DNA of 63,842 nucleotides, the filler included, from Octopus bimaculoides (lineage: Eukaryota): NCBI RefSeq assembly GCF_001194135.2. It is 6 parts of 6 records of this genome, joined end to end, with 100 filler letters (N's around TTAATTAATTAA, not from the genome) between each part and the next. Parts side by side here need not be neighbours in the genome. Positions count along the whole stretch, not along the records: positions 1 to 23,061 come from NC_069004.1; 5 more parts are not named here. One strand, given 5' to 3'. Under the pieces are notes generated by a model. It was not told where the DNA came from, made no database searches, and saw nothing but the letters and a program-made list of their open reading frames with translations. Each line of letters begins with the position of its first letter. Within the stretch, counting starts at the first letter, position 1. Position numbers and translations under genes: made by a program. Shown piece after piece: positions 10,142 through 21,399 of the stretch.

Positions 10142-12193
10142 TCGGTTTTTTATCCTGTCCTTGTTTACGTTGCTTCTTCTTTGTTACTTTACGGCCCCTT
10201 GCTGTTGTCATTTCAGGAGTAAATTCCACTGTATTCCATTTTGGAATCTGTTTAGTTACGAAATAATCATCTGTTGAAACCCACTTATTAGAATCAGTTC
10301 TTTCTGTTGTGGTATATGTATCAACAGTTTTTGTCTGCTCGACTGGGAACCGAGAAGATGTTCTCGTCACTGATTCTCGTGGCTTACATCCATACCCTGG
10401 AACACAGCTTGTAGAAGAATGTTTGGGTTGTTCAAGAACAGTAGTAGAGTCATAGTCTTTGCTTTTTCTGACTCCTGCTGTTGTCGGCACGTTAGGGTTG
10501 GTCGGAAACACGACCGGTGTTGAATAGAGTCGTGTCGATTCAAGGACTGAATCTACATCTTTAGTTTTTAATACATGGTGAGTCGTTGATGAGAATGAAG
10601 GCCGGTACCTTTCACTGCTGCGAGATGGCAGCAGGATGTGAGAGGAAGAAGAGATCATTTCTTGCCGTTGAGATGATAGTCTGTGAAGCATCGATGTTAA
10701 GTTCTGCTTATGACTGCTGATATCTCTGCTTGCAATTGGTAAACGACTTTCAGACGAACTAGGCATTAAAGTCGAATAATCACTTCTATGTGATGACGGC
10801 CTGAGGTCTGTGTACATATGATCAAATGTGTGAGTATGTGATGGTTTGGGGTAGAAACTATCCCTGCTGCTTGATGATGATGTTGGTCTAATTTGTTCTG
10901 ATGTCCGATCGACTCTTCTATGTGATTGTTTAACCCCTGTCGAGAAAAGATCAATTGATTTGGTCAATGGCTTAATTTCTGATGACGTTTCAACTCTGCC
11001 GTGTGATGGTCTAACATGTAAAGATGAATAACTCATGCTGAGTGATGGTCTAATGCTCACGGGATGCTCTGATCTATGATATGACTGATCAACAGAATGT
11101 GAAGGGTTAATAGTCACATGAATGTTGTCATGCGTTGTAATAGAATCAATCACATGCGATGGTTTAAGCTTTATAGATGAATGTTCATATAGTATATGAG
11201 TTGGTTTAAGAGGTACAGACGAGTATTCGTGCCTTTCGGATGATTTGTGTCCAGTAGGCGGATGGTAAGGTTTGCTTCGAGAAGAATCGACATGAAAAGA
11301 AGATGAAGAAGGAATTCGACTCCTTGATATATTGATTTTATATGATTGTGATTGGCTGATATGAGAATGTATTACACTGCTGACTGGGAATTTCAAGTGT
11401 ACAGAAGACTGATCAACACTGCTAAATGGCTTAAACACTGTAGAACTGGATCCATCAAGTGTCGGGAATGGTTGTCTATACAGAGAAGAATGGTTGCTGA
11501 TATGTGATGGCTTAAGACCAATAGATGTATCATTGACTTTAAGAGATGGTTGATGTATTATATGCGACTGACTACTGCTATGAGCTGGCTTAATATCAAC
11601 ATAAGAGTGACCACTTCTACTCTGTGATGGTTCCACATGTACGGTGGGGGATCGACCATCAATTTGTGAGTCCACTTCAGAATGACCACTTTTGCTACTC
11701 GATGGCTGAAGAGATACAGAAGAATGACCACCAATTTGTGAATCTATATAAGAATGACCACTCAAAATACGTGTTGGTGTTGGTCTTACTGGTATCGAAG
11801 AAGAAGAATCTCTGGAACTCTGTGACGCTTTATGTGTTACAGAAGCACGTGATGAAGACATGGTAACAAGCGGTAATTCAATTGATGTCAATAAGTCAAT
11901 GGGGACCATTCCGCTTGGCCAAATGACTGGAGATACAGTGCTCGAGCTTGGCGTTACCGTTTCTTCGTATGTCGTACTTTGTGGAACATTCCGTATCGTA
12001 ATTTCACTCTCTTCGAAATAAAACGTGTTCGTGTCCGTCTGGTCAACATACAATGTCTTCAGAACCGGTGTGGATTCTCTAATGATGCTGCTCTCTGATG
12101 GCTTCAATGTTATTTCTGATGTAATATCTTCATCTTCGTCAATATCTTCCTCACCAGATCCAGACCCAGACCCAGAACCATAATATTCCAGAT
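10142..12193 (-). CDS. DAG1: Dystroglycan coding exon 3 (aa 491-1175): Ser/His/Thr/Pro-rich mucin-like exon, 2052 nt, phase 1-1
   Basis: Acceptor cctttaatcttgcAG|AT CTG GAA and donor CCG A|GTAAGT at 10141. A 674-codon stop-free ORF covers it, and phases match both neighbouring exons. Confidence 0.85.
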
Positions 12194-12269
12194 CTGCAAG
12201 ATTAAAGGAAGAGGAAAATGGATAAATAAAAATTAATTCATTAAAACCATTTTACACTTTAAACTGTAT

Positions 12270-12950
12270 TAATGACTCTTCATATCATTACAGTTACTAT
12301 GATGGCATAAATTATGTAAATGACTATTTGTATCATTACTATAACTGTGATGGCATAAATTATGTAAATGACTATTTGTATCATTACTATAACTGTGATG
12401 GCATAAATTATGTAAATGACTATCTGTATCATTACTATAACAGTGATGACATAAATTATGTAAATAACTTTTTGTATCATTATTATTGTGATGGCATAAA
12501 TTATATAAATGACTGTTTGTATCATTACTATCTGTGATAGCATAAATTATGTAAATGATTATTTGTATCATTACTATAACTGTGGTAGTATAAATTATGT
12601 AAATGACTATTTGTATCATTACTATAAGAGTGATGATATAAATTATGTAAATAACTTTTTGTATCATTATTATTGTGATGGCATAAATTATGTAAATTAC
12701 TGTTTGTATCATTATTATATCTCTGATAGCATAAATTGTGTAACTAACTATATTGTTACTGTTACTATGATGACATAAATTATGTAAATGTCTGTATCAT
12801 TACTGTAACTGTAATAGCATAAATTACATAAATAACAGTATTGTTGCTGTTATGTGATAGCATAAATTATGTAAGTAACTGTATTGATATTCTTACTGTG
12901 ATGGCATAATTTATGCAAATGGCTTTGTATTATTGTTGCAATGGTTTAAA
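12270..12950. repeat. 48-bp minisatellite filling most of dystroglycan intron 2
   Basis: Unit GATGGCATAAATTATGTAAATGACTATTTGTATCATTACTATAACTGT starts at 12301, 12349, 12397 and 12445. It continues as 45-48 bp variants that degenerate toward 12950, about 14 units in all. Confidence 0.92.
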
Positions 12951-13087
12951 CTCAGTAACGAGTCCCGTTGTTTTATTTATGATTGCAAAGGAAACAAACC
13001 TCTTAACTATATGGCATGTCTGCTACCAATTATGCAGTGACTGATTATCAATTAAAGAAAAACAGGTAGATCGTATTATGGTCTTAC

Positions 13088-14348
13088 CTGTTCCAGAATC
13101 TTCATCTCCATCAGTGTCTGTAGCTAGTGTTGGTGTGGCTGCAATTAAAGGAGTCATAGGCGGTTTAGTAATGTCTTTTCCCAAATTGGTTGGTGGAGTT
13201 ATAGGTTCTTCTGTGGTAAATTCACTGAAACGAGACACGTCTCCTGATCCAGAGATTTCATAGATACCTGTGTGATACTTGCTGCTTTCATGCCACTTTA
13301 CCATGGTGGTATATCTATCTGGCTGGCTAGTTTTTTTGGGTGTGTATTCCGAATATGTGAATGAGGATGTCGGATGCAACTTATCTGCAGACACAGTTTT
13401 CGATTTCTCAAACAGACTTTCTGAATGGGCCGGCACTGTGAAACTTTTTGTTGGTTCGACTTCAATTACTGATTCTCTTGAAGACACAAATACAAGACTT
13501 GATTCTTTGGTTGGAATAATTTTATCCGTCATATGATCTCTTTTAGTCTCATACTCTTTCGATTCTAATTTCTGCAAGCTTTTCAGTAACTCAGTTTTAA
13601 GCGAAGCAGAGTACAGTGACGATGAAGACTTGACGATCTTAGTTGCAGGAACCACCTCTATTTGAGGAGTTGGCGTTGGCGTCGAGTTTTTGGGTATTGC
13701 ACGTTTTTTACGTGACCGATGTTGTTTGGAAGGGTTTACCAATGCCGATATATACCATCCTACGACATCGTAACCAACCTCCCTAGTCAGACGCCCACCT
13801 TCAACATTGTGTTGCAACACTTGCATGAAAAGACTCACCTCTTTAAACACGCCACATGGTACCCTCCATGTTAATTCTGTCACATTTGGAAGCACCGCAT
13901 CGGTGTTGCCACGTCCAGATGCCAAGATGCTGAAACTTTGTGATTTGTCTTGCATTGAAAAGAGTTCTTTGCTTGCCGTAATTGTTATCAATGTCTCATT
14001 GATATCAAGGAAATCGGCAAGGTTTCTCATAATATTATACCTGGCCAAGGCATCCAACTTATACAAATTAACAGCGAAGATTAGAGTTGTCTGAATAAGA
14101 TTAATACCTTTGTAACAGGTTTTCTCTGGTTTCTTCTTACTACTGTGTTCATGGCTCATATAATATGGCTTTACCTCAAGGTAAAAAATATCAGAAATGA
14201 ACTCACACTTCTTCGCTTGGTCTGATAAAGTTATTTTAATATACAAACCAAATCCATCATGCATCGTTGGTACGGCTATCAACTTCCGTGTGGTTTCTTC
14301 AAAGGTAATCCACTGTGGCAGCGTTTGATTTTGAGATGCTGCGGTTAC
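13088..14348 (-). CDS. DAG1: Dystroglycan coding exon 2 (aa 71-490): rest of N-terminal domains, furin site and start of mucin-like region
   Basis: Acceptor ttttattttacAG|GTA ACC GCA gives VTAASQNQTLPQW, resembling human VSAAGKEALPSW at what I recall as the same phase-0 intron position. LTWRVPC and VGYDVVGWYI match the alpha-DG N-terminal domain, followed by RKKR and TPTPTP. Donor ACA G|GTAAGA (phase 1). The frame is open throughout. Confidence 0.93.
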
Positions 14349-14394
14349 CTGTAAAATAAAAGCAAAGCAGTTACTCTTTTATTCTTTTATTCTT

Positions 14395-14793
14395 TTACTT
14401 GTTTCAGTCATTTGACTGCGGCCATGCTGGAGCAACGCCTTTAGTCGAAACAAATCAACCCCAGGACTTAGTCTTTGTAAGCCTAGTACTTATTCTATCA
14501 GTCTCTTTTGCCGAACTGCTAANNNNNNNNNNNNNNNNNNNNNNNNNNNNNNNNNNNNNNNNNNNNNNNNNNNNNNNNNNNNNNNNNNNNNNNNNNNNNN
14601 NNNNNNNNNNNNNNNNNNNNNNNNNNNNNNNNNNNNNNNNNNNNNNNNNNNNNNNNNNNNNNNNNNNNNNNNNNNNNNNNNNNNNNNNNNNNNNNNNNNN
14701 NNNNNNNNNNNNNNNNNNNNNNNNNNNNNNNNNNNNNNNNNNNNNNNNNNNNNNNNNNNNNNNNNNNNNNNNNNNNNNNNNNNNNNNNNNNNN

Positions 14794-14828
<35 letters not shown>

Positions 14829-14984
14829 CAGGCTTCTTCTAGTTTCCTTCTACCTAATTCACTCACAAGGCATTGGTCGGCCCGAGGTTATAGTAGAAGT
14901 CACTTGCCTAAGGTGCCACGCAGTGGGACTGAACCTGGAACCATGTGGTTGAGAAGCAAGCTTCTTACCACACAACCACGCCTC
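14395..14984 (-). mobile_element. SINE family B, both halves around an N gap and (TA)n, in dystroglycan intron 1
   Basis: Tail half 14395-14522 and head half 14825-14984 match other copies. Confidence 0.8.
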
Positions 14985-15332
14985 AGCCTATTTTATTTAT
15001 TTTATATTTTAACAATCCCAAAAGCATAAAAAAATGAAAATAACAAAACCAACCCTTGATATGATTCGAACTCAGAATGCAGACATCCAGAACATATATC
15101 GCAAGACATCTCATCCAGTGCTGTAACTAACAATTGTATCAATCCTTGGCCCTGAACTAGTATTTTATTTATTAATCTCAAAGGGATGAAAAACACAAGA
15201 ATGATCTTAGTGTGATTTGAACTCAAAACACAAAGATCCGAAACATAGAGCACAAGACATTCTATCAACTCCACCACTTCCTTAACAAACTCAAAGACTG
15301 TAGTAAAAGACAGAAGCTACCAAATTACTTAC

Positions 15333-15542
15333 ATCGATTAAACAGTTCTTCTTGCACTTCAAGACGGTCTCTGGAATCTTGTAGACAAATAGTTTCCCTG
15401 TTATGAGCTTTTGATCTGGGATTCCTTCCAAAATTGAAGGGCAGTCATGTGCTCTGGTGAAATTCTGTACACCCCACACCAAAGAACTGCAAAGAATGGT
15501 TGATAAGAAAAGCACTGTATATCTTTCTGCGAACCACCACAT
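15333..15542 (-). CDS. DAG1: Dystroglycan coding exon 1 (aa 1-70): signal peptide and start of N-terminal Ig/cadherin-like domain
   Basis: ATG at 15542 starts MWWFAERYTVLFLSTILCSSLVWG, a hydrophobic signal peptide. It is followed by IPDQKLITGKLFVYKIP, which resembles human IPDGTAVVGRSFRVTIP (recalled). The exon ends at GAT|GTAAGT, a phase-0 donor at 15332. Confidence 0.9.
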
Positions 15543-16127
15543 TTTGTTTTGTCTCTTCTTGTCTCGGTTCCTTGTTTCGTCTCGTCTTGGCACTTGGTTG
15601 TTTTGGTTTTGTTCTGTTTTTNNNNNNNNNNNNNNNNNNNNNNNNNNNNNNNNNNNNNNNNNNNNNNNNNNNNNNNNNNNNNNNNNNNNNNNNNNNNNNN
15701 NNNNNNNNNNNNNNNNNNNNNNNNNNNNNNNNNNNNNNNNNNNNNNNNNNNNNNNNNNNNNNNNNNNNNNNNNNNNNNNNNNNNNNNNNNNNNNNNNNNN
15801 NNNNNNNNNNNNNNNNNNNNNNNNNNNNNNNNNNNNNNNNNNNNNNNNNNNNNNNNNNNNNNNNNNNNNNNNNNNNNNNNNNNNNNNNNNNNNNNNNNNN
15901 NNNNNNNNNNNNNNNNNNNNNNNNNNNNNNNNNNNNNNNNNNNNNNNNNNNNNNNNNNNNNNNNNNNNNNNNNNNNNNNNNNNNNNNNNNNNNNNNNNNN
16001 NNNNNNNNNNNNNNNNNNNNNNNNNNNNNNNNNNNNNNNNNNNNNNNNNNNNNNNNNNNNNNNNNNNNNNNNNNNNNNNNNNNNNNNNNNNNNNNNNNNN
16101 NNNNNNNNNNNNNNNNNNNNNNNNNNN

Positions 16128-16167
<40 letters not shown>

Positions 16168-16820
16168 GCGCAAACACACAAACACAAACACATACACACA
16201 TATATGATAGGCTACCACACAGTTTCCATTTACCAAATTCATTCACAAAGCATTTGTCTTCCTGGGGCTACAGTAGAAGACACTTGCCCAAGGAGGTTCC
16301 CTGCAGTGAGAATGAACCTGAGACCACATGGTTACATAGTGAGCTTCTTAACCACCCAGTCATACTTATAAGATACTATGTGCACGTGTGTGCATGTGTG
16401 TGTATGTGTGTGTGCATGAGAAAGAGAGGAAGTGAGATTTTGGTTTGGTTCTTGCAGTCTTTTAGTTTTTCCCAGGTGAAACAGAGAATCTACCATATCA
16501 AAGTATTAATTCTTTACCAAAATCTTATCATTCTTTTTTTTTTCTTCCCTCTCATTTCCTTTCATTATCTTCTATTGCAATAATATATCAGTGTTATAGG
16601 TGGGGGTTTGTGTGGAGGGTGTGCTTATAAGCCGGTTGTGTGCATATGTATATATATATATTTTGATGTATGTACGTAATAGGAGCAGAGGTGGCTGTGT
16701 GTTAAGAAGCTTGCTGTGTGGTAAGAACCATGTGGTTCCAGGTTCAGTCCTAGTGCGTGGTACCTTGGACAAGTGTTTTCTTCTATAGTCTTTGGTAGAT
16801 GGAAACTGAAGGAAGCCCAT

Positions 16821-16858
<38 letters not shown>

Positions 16859-16893
16859 CATACATACATGCACACGCACACACATACATAGAC

Positions 16894-16936
<43 letters not shown>

Positions 16937-17020
16937 CAAGTAAGTATATATTGTTTATTAGCTGTGAAGTTGCATAACCCGAAACCAATAATACATCCCC
17001 AATGATATGTATCTTTACAG

Positions 17021-17129
17021 ATATATCCATCAATGGAACGTCCCAGCAAAAGCTGTGACTGCCAACATGATGGTGACTGTACGTATGACATTACAGAAGG
17101 CTTGGAGAAAATTCCAGTATTCTTCGAAG
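17021..17129 (+). CDS. Candidate orphan internal exon, antisense to dystroglycan, product unknown
   Basis: Flanked by atctttacAG (17020) and GAAG|GTAAAC (17130). Two frames are open, e.g. IYPSMERPSKSCDCQHDGDCTYDITEGLEKIPVFFE. No homology recognised. Confidence 0.3.
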
Positions 17130-17450
17130 GTAAACCTTGCATNNNNNNNNNNNNNNNNNNNNNNNNNNNNNNNNNNNNNNNNNNNNNNNNNNNNNNNNNN
17201 NNNNNNNNNNNNNNNNNNNNNNNNNNNNNNNNNNNNNNNNNNNNNNNNNNNNNNNNNNNNNNNNNNNNNNNNNNNNNNNNNNNNNNNNNNNNNNNNNNNN
17301 NNNNNNNNNNNNNNNNNNNNNNNNNNNNNNNNNNNNNNNNNNNNNNNNNNNNNNNNNNNNNNNNNNNNNNNNNNNNNNNNNNNNNNNNNNNNNNNNNNNN
17401 NNNNNNNNNNNNNNNNNNNNNNNNNNNNNNNNNNNNNNNNNNNNNNNNNN

Positions 17451-17499
<49 letters not shown>

Positions 17500-17905
17500 G
17501 CATATATGTATATATATGCACACACACAATTCAGGAGATGCAAACATAGAACTCAAAATATGAGTGTATGTATATTTTTATTAATATTTACCAGAAGTAA
17601 GAGTGACACGCACATATTCATACATACACTTATATGTATACACACACACACACATATATGTGTGTGTGTATGTGTATCTTCATACACATACAAATACATT
17701 AATTCAAATATTCATAAACATATGCAATAAATATATAAACCATGTATACAGCTACACACACTTTCACACATGTATACTCACACACACACACACACAAATA
17801 CACACATACACACACACACACACACACAAATACACATACACACACACAAATGCGTACACACACACACGCACACACACACACAAACAAACAAACACCCGTG
17901 CATAC

Positions 17906-18100
17906 ATTTCATTTGCAAATTCAAAGAATTTTCATCGAGATATAAACCAACACGATGTAATCCCAATCCATCTATCACTCTTTGGCGCTGCCGCCAGCCT
18001 CCTTTCCTGCTCTCCTCCCTCCATTGCAGACCCAACCAATTCTTCGTTATCAAGTCTGGAGGCTGCCAAATAATTATTTCCTTTTCTTTCTTTTTTAATA
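17906..18100 (-). other. Possible non-coding upstream (5' UTR) exon of dystroglycan
   Basis: Unique purine-rich sequence between microsatellites, with a possible donor AAAT|GTATGC at 17905. No recognisable product and no transcript evidence. Confidence 0.2.
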
Positions 18101-19055
18101 TTTGTTTATATTTCTCTGTTATTGTTGTTGTTGTTATTTTGTTTGTTTATGTATTGATAACTGTACCCCACCCCATCCTGTATTGTAAGATTGCCCAAAC
18201 TGACATGACCATCTCCCCATATATGTTTTTGTTTTATTTTTCCTTTTTGTTTTTTTTTTTGTTTTTTGTCTGTATGTCTTAGTGTTTGTTTTGCTTTCAT
18301 TTCCATATTTTTTTTTGTTTTATTTGGGAGGAAGCATTTTGTTTTGTTTCATTGTTTCGTTGTTTTTTTTTAATAAATTCTCCGCTTCCTAAGAAAAAAT
18401 ATTTACTTTAAAATATATTTAATTAAATTTTTTTTTCATAGAATGTTGATGGAAAACTTAAGAAAAAGAGGAGCGAGCTATAAAAATGTTGTCATTCTTT
18501 AAATTTTATTTAATTTATTCATTCAACAAGAAACTTGTCACCCCAGATGTAGGAAAATAGCAAATAAACGTTCACTGATGTTGCAAATAGCTGCCTGGCT
18601 ATGCATTTGGTTATAAGTACATGCTACTGACAAAGCCTAACGATGCAGAAATGCATTTTAGCCACTGCTAAGATGATTTTTCATCTGCCTCTGATATATC
18701 TATATTGTTAAACACACAATATTAAGTATGATATATAAAGGTGGAAAGCTTATAGAATCATTACTGCACCAGGAAAAATGCTTTACAATATTTCTTCCAA
18801 TTTTAGGTTGTGAGTTTATATGCTGCCCAAGGTTGATTTTGTCTTCCATCCTTTCAGGGTCAATAAAATAAGTACCTGTTAAGCACTGAGGTCAATGTAA
18901 ACAACTAGCCCCTTTGACAAAATTGCTGGCCTTGTGCTAGAATTTCAAACCTACATTTAGTATGATATACAGATAGTTATTTTAATCTTACACTGACTCT
19001 GTCACACATAATCGATTTTATTGATTTATCTATTGTTCTTTCTTTTCTACATGCA

Positions 19056-19095
<40 letters not shown>

Positions 19096-19245
19096 GCAAG
19101 AGAGTTAGGGTTTGAGGATTCAACCCACTAAGGGATAGTATCTATCCAATATACTGCTGGGAGGGTATCCAATTATTGTTACACTAGTGTTATACCAAGT
19201 GTAATAAGTGGGTGCGGGTAAAACGGGGTTATTTTACTCTAAGTT

Positions 19246-19393
19246 TATATAGCAATAAGAAAATGGAGGAGAATATGCGGTATCCATCGACTTGCAGACA
19301 GTGTATTCCATTGAATTAATTTATTTATTTTCAATGGAATACACTGTCTGCAAGTTGATGGATACCACATATTCTCCTCCATTTTCTTATTGC

Positions 19394-19399
<6 letters not shown>
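19246..19399. repeat. Near-perfect palindrome, 70-bp arms and 14-nt loop
   Basis: 19246-19315 versus 19330-19399 shows only two mismatches. Confidence 0.93.
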
Positions 19400-19427
<28 letters not shown>

Positions 19428-19887
19428 TATAATAAAAAATAGAATGTCTTTGGTACCATATTACATATTTGAAATAGAAATGGCTTTTCTAATAATTTTC
19501 TTTTGGATAAAAATGTTTTTTGCTAATAATTTTTTCCACTTCAATAATTAGATGTTTCTCGCTTAACTAATATTCTAGAATTTCCTATTCACTGTTTAAA
19601 TAGGGAGTGTTAATTACAAACACTTACATACACACACAAACACCAACACATATGTGTTTACATACGTGTGGGTGGGTGTGTGTGTATTGATGTTTGTATG
19701 TGCGTATGTTTGTAATTAAACGTTCCCTATTTACCAGTAATTAACTAACTCTAAAGTATCTGATTGAAAACGACTTTTAAGTGAGAAACCTCCTATCAGA
19801 TTCACATCTAAGTTTACAAACACTTATGAACATCTAATTATTAAAGAGGAAAAATTATCAGAAAAGCATTTCTGTTCATTTTTTAAA

Positions 19888-19919
<32 letters not shown>

Positions 19920-20158
19920 GTTAATGAGAGTTTAGAGGGATATATTATGTGGGTGTATACCATGGTAGCTCTCAGGTATGTTCCAGGTTATGGCTAATCA
20001 CATTGATTTGTATTTAATATCTATGACTACTAGGAGTTATCACTCCTGCTGTAAATTCCTCCAATGGGTAATTCTGCCTTTGCTTCACTGGATGGTAATA
20101 TCATCTGGAGTGTATATTAGCAAGAATTATAACGATAGAGAATAGCATATTTTTATGG

Positions 20159-20250
20159 TTAAGACAACCTACACGTGTTTCCCACTGCACAGAGTTCCAT
20201 ATGCAACGACCCATACTCTGTGCAGTGGAAACATGTGTAGGTCGTCATAA
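20159..20250. repeat. Compact hairpin (about 33-36 bp stem, 19-nt loop), pre-miRNA-like
   Basis: ACCTACACGTGTTTCCCACTGCACAGAGT pairs with ACTCTGTGCAGTGGAAACATGTGTAGGT, with one bulge and one G-T or mismatch. Confidence 0.75.
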
Positions 20251-20457
20251 TGATAAAAATATACTATATGACGTTGTAAAATAAAAGCAAATAAAATTTG
20301 AGGATGTATCAGCCTTGATATTCTCTTCCCAACCACATGGTTCTAGGTTCAATCTCCCACTGTGTGGCACCTTTGGCAAGTGTCTTCTACTATAGCCTCA
20401 AGCTGACCAAAACCTTGTGAGTGGATTTGGTAAAAAGAAACTGAGAGAAGCCTGTTG

Positions 20458-20494
<37 letters not shown>

Positions 20495-21399
20495 GTGTGT
20501 GTGTTTGTGTTTGTCCCCATAACTTAGAAGTTCAGTAAGGGAGACCGATAGAATAAGTACCAGGCTTACAAAAATAAGTCCTGGGATCGATTTATTCAAC
20601 TAAAATCCTTTAAGGTGGTGCTCCAGCATGGCCACAGTCAAATGACTGAAAGAAGTAATAAAAGTATATACATGTCTATGTATATATATATATATATATA
20701 NNNNNNNNNNNNNNNNNNNNNNNNNNNNNNNNNNNNNNNNNNNNNNNNNNNNNNNNNNNNNNNNNNNNNNNNNNNNNNNNNNNNNNNNNNNNNNNNNNNN
20801 NNNNNNNNNNNNNNNNNNNNNNNNNNNNNNACTATCTTTCCATCTCTCTCTTTTCTACAGCTTCTACAAGTGGACTCTGGGGAGAAAGAAAAATACCACA
20901 CATTTAAGAACACCTCTTTTTAAAAATTTTATTTCACGAGCTGGGGTGTGGATGCCAGGGGAGGGAAGGTGGAGAGATACCTTAAAAATGTTAGCATTTC
21001 TTTTATTTTTATATTTCTTTTATTTACTTATTATTTTTTTTTTTTTAATTTTATTTTGCTTAAATTCAGTGATTGAAAGTTGATTATGAAATTCTTCTAA
21101 TTAGTGGAATGTACCGGTTATTACTCTTATGTTATTGCACGATATAATCAACACCCACTCTTTAATTCCTTCAGGATATACCATTTCCTGTCCCCCTCCT
21201 TTCTCCTCCTTTCTCTGTGTGTGTATATGAATATACATATATGCATGTGGCTATGTGGTAAGAGGTTTGCTTCCCAACCACATGGTTTTAGGTTCAGTCC
21301 CACTGTGTGAAACCTTCGGCAACTATCTTCTAGTATTGCCTCAAGCCAACCAAAGTTTTGTGAGTGGATTTGTTATTTGGAAACTGAAAGAAGCCATTA

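Noticed and set aside
13023-13087. ORF-track extensions of dystroglycan exons (GKTIIRS…, and MYIHIYN… at 9192-9240)
   Set aside because: They lie beyond canonical splice sites and are intronic read-through.
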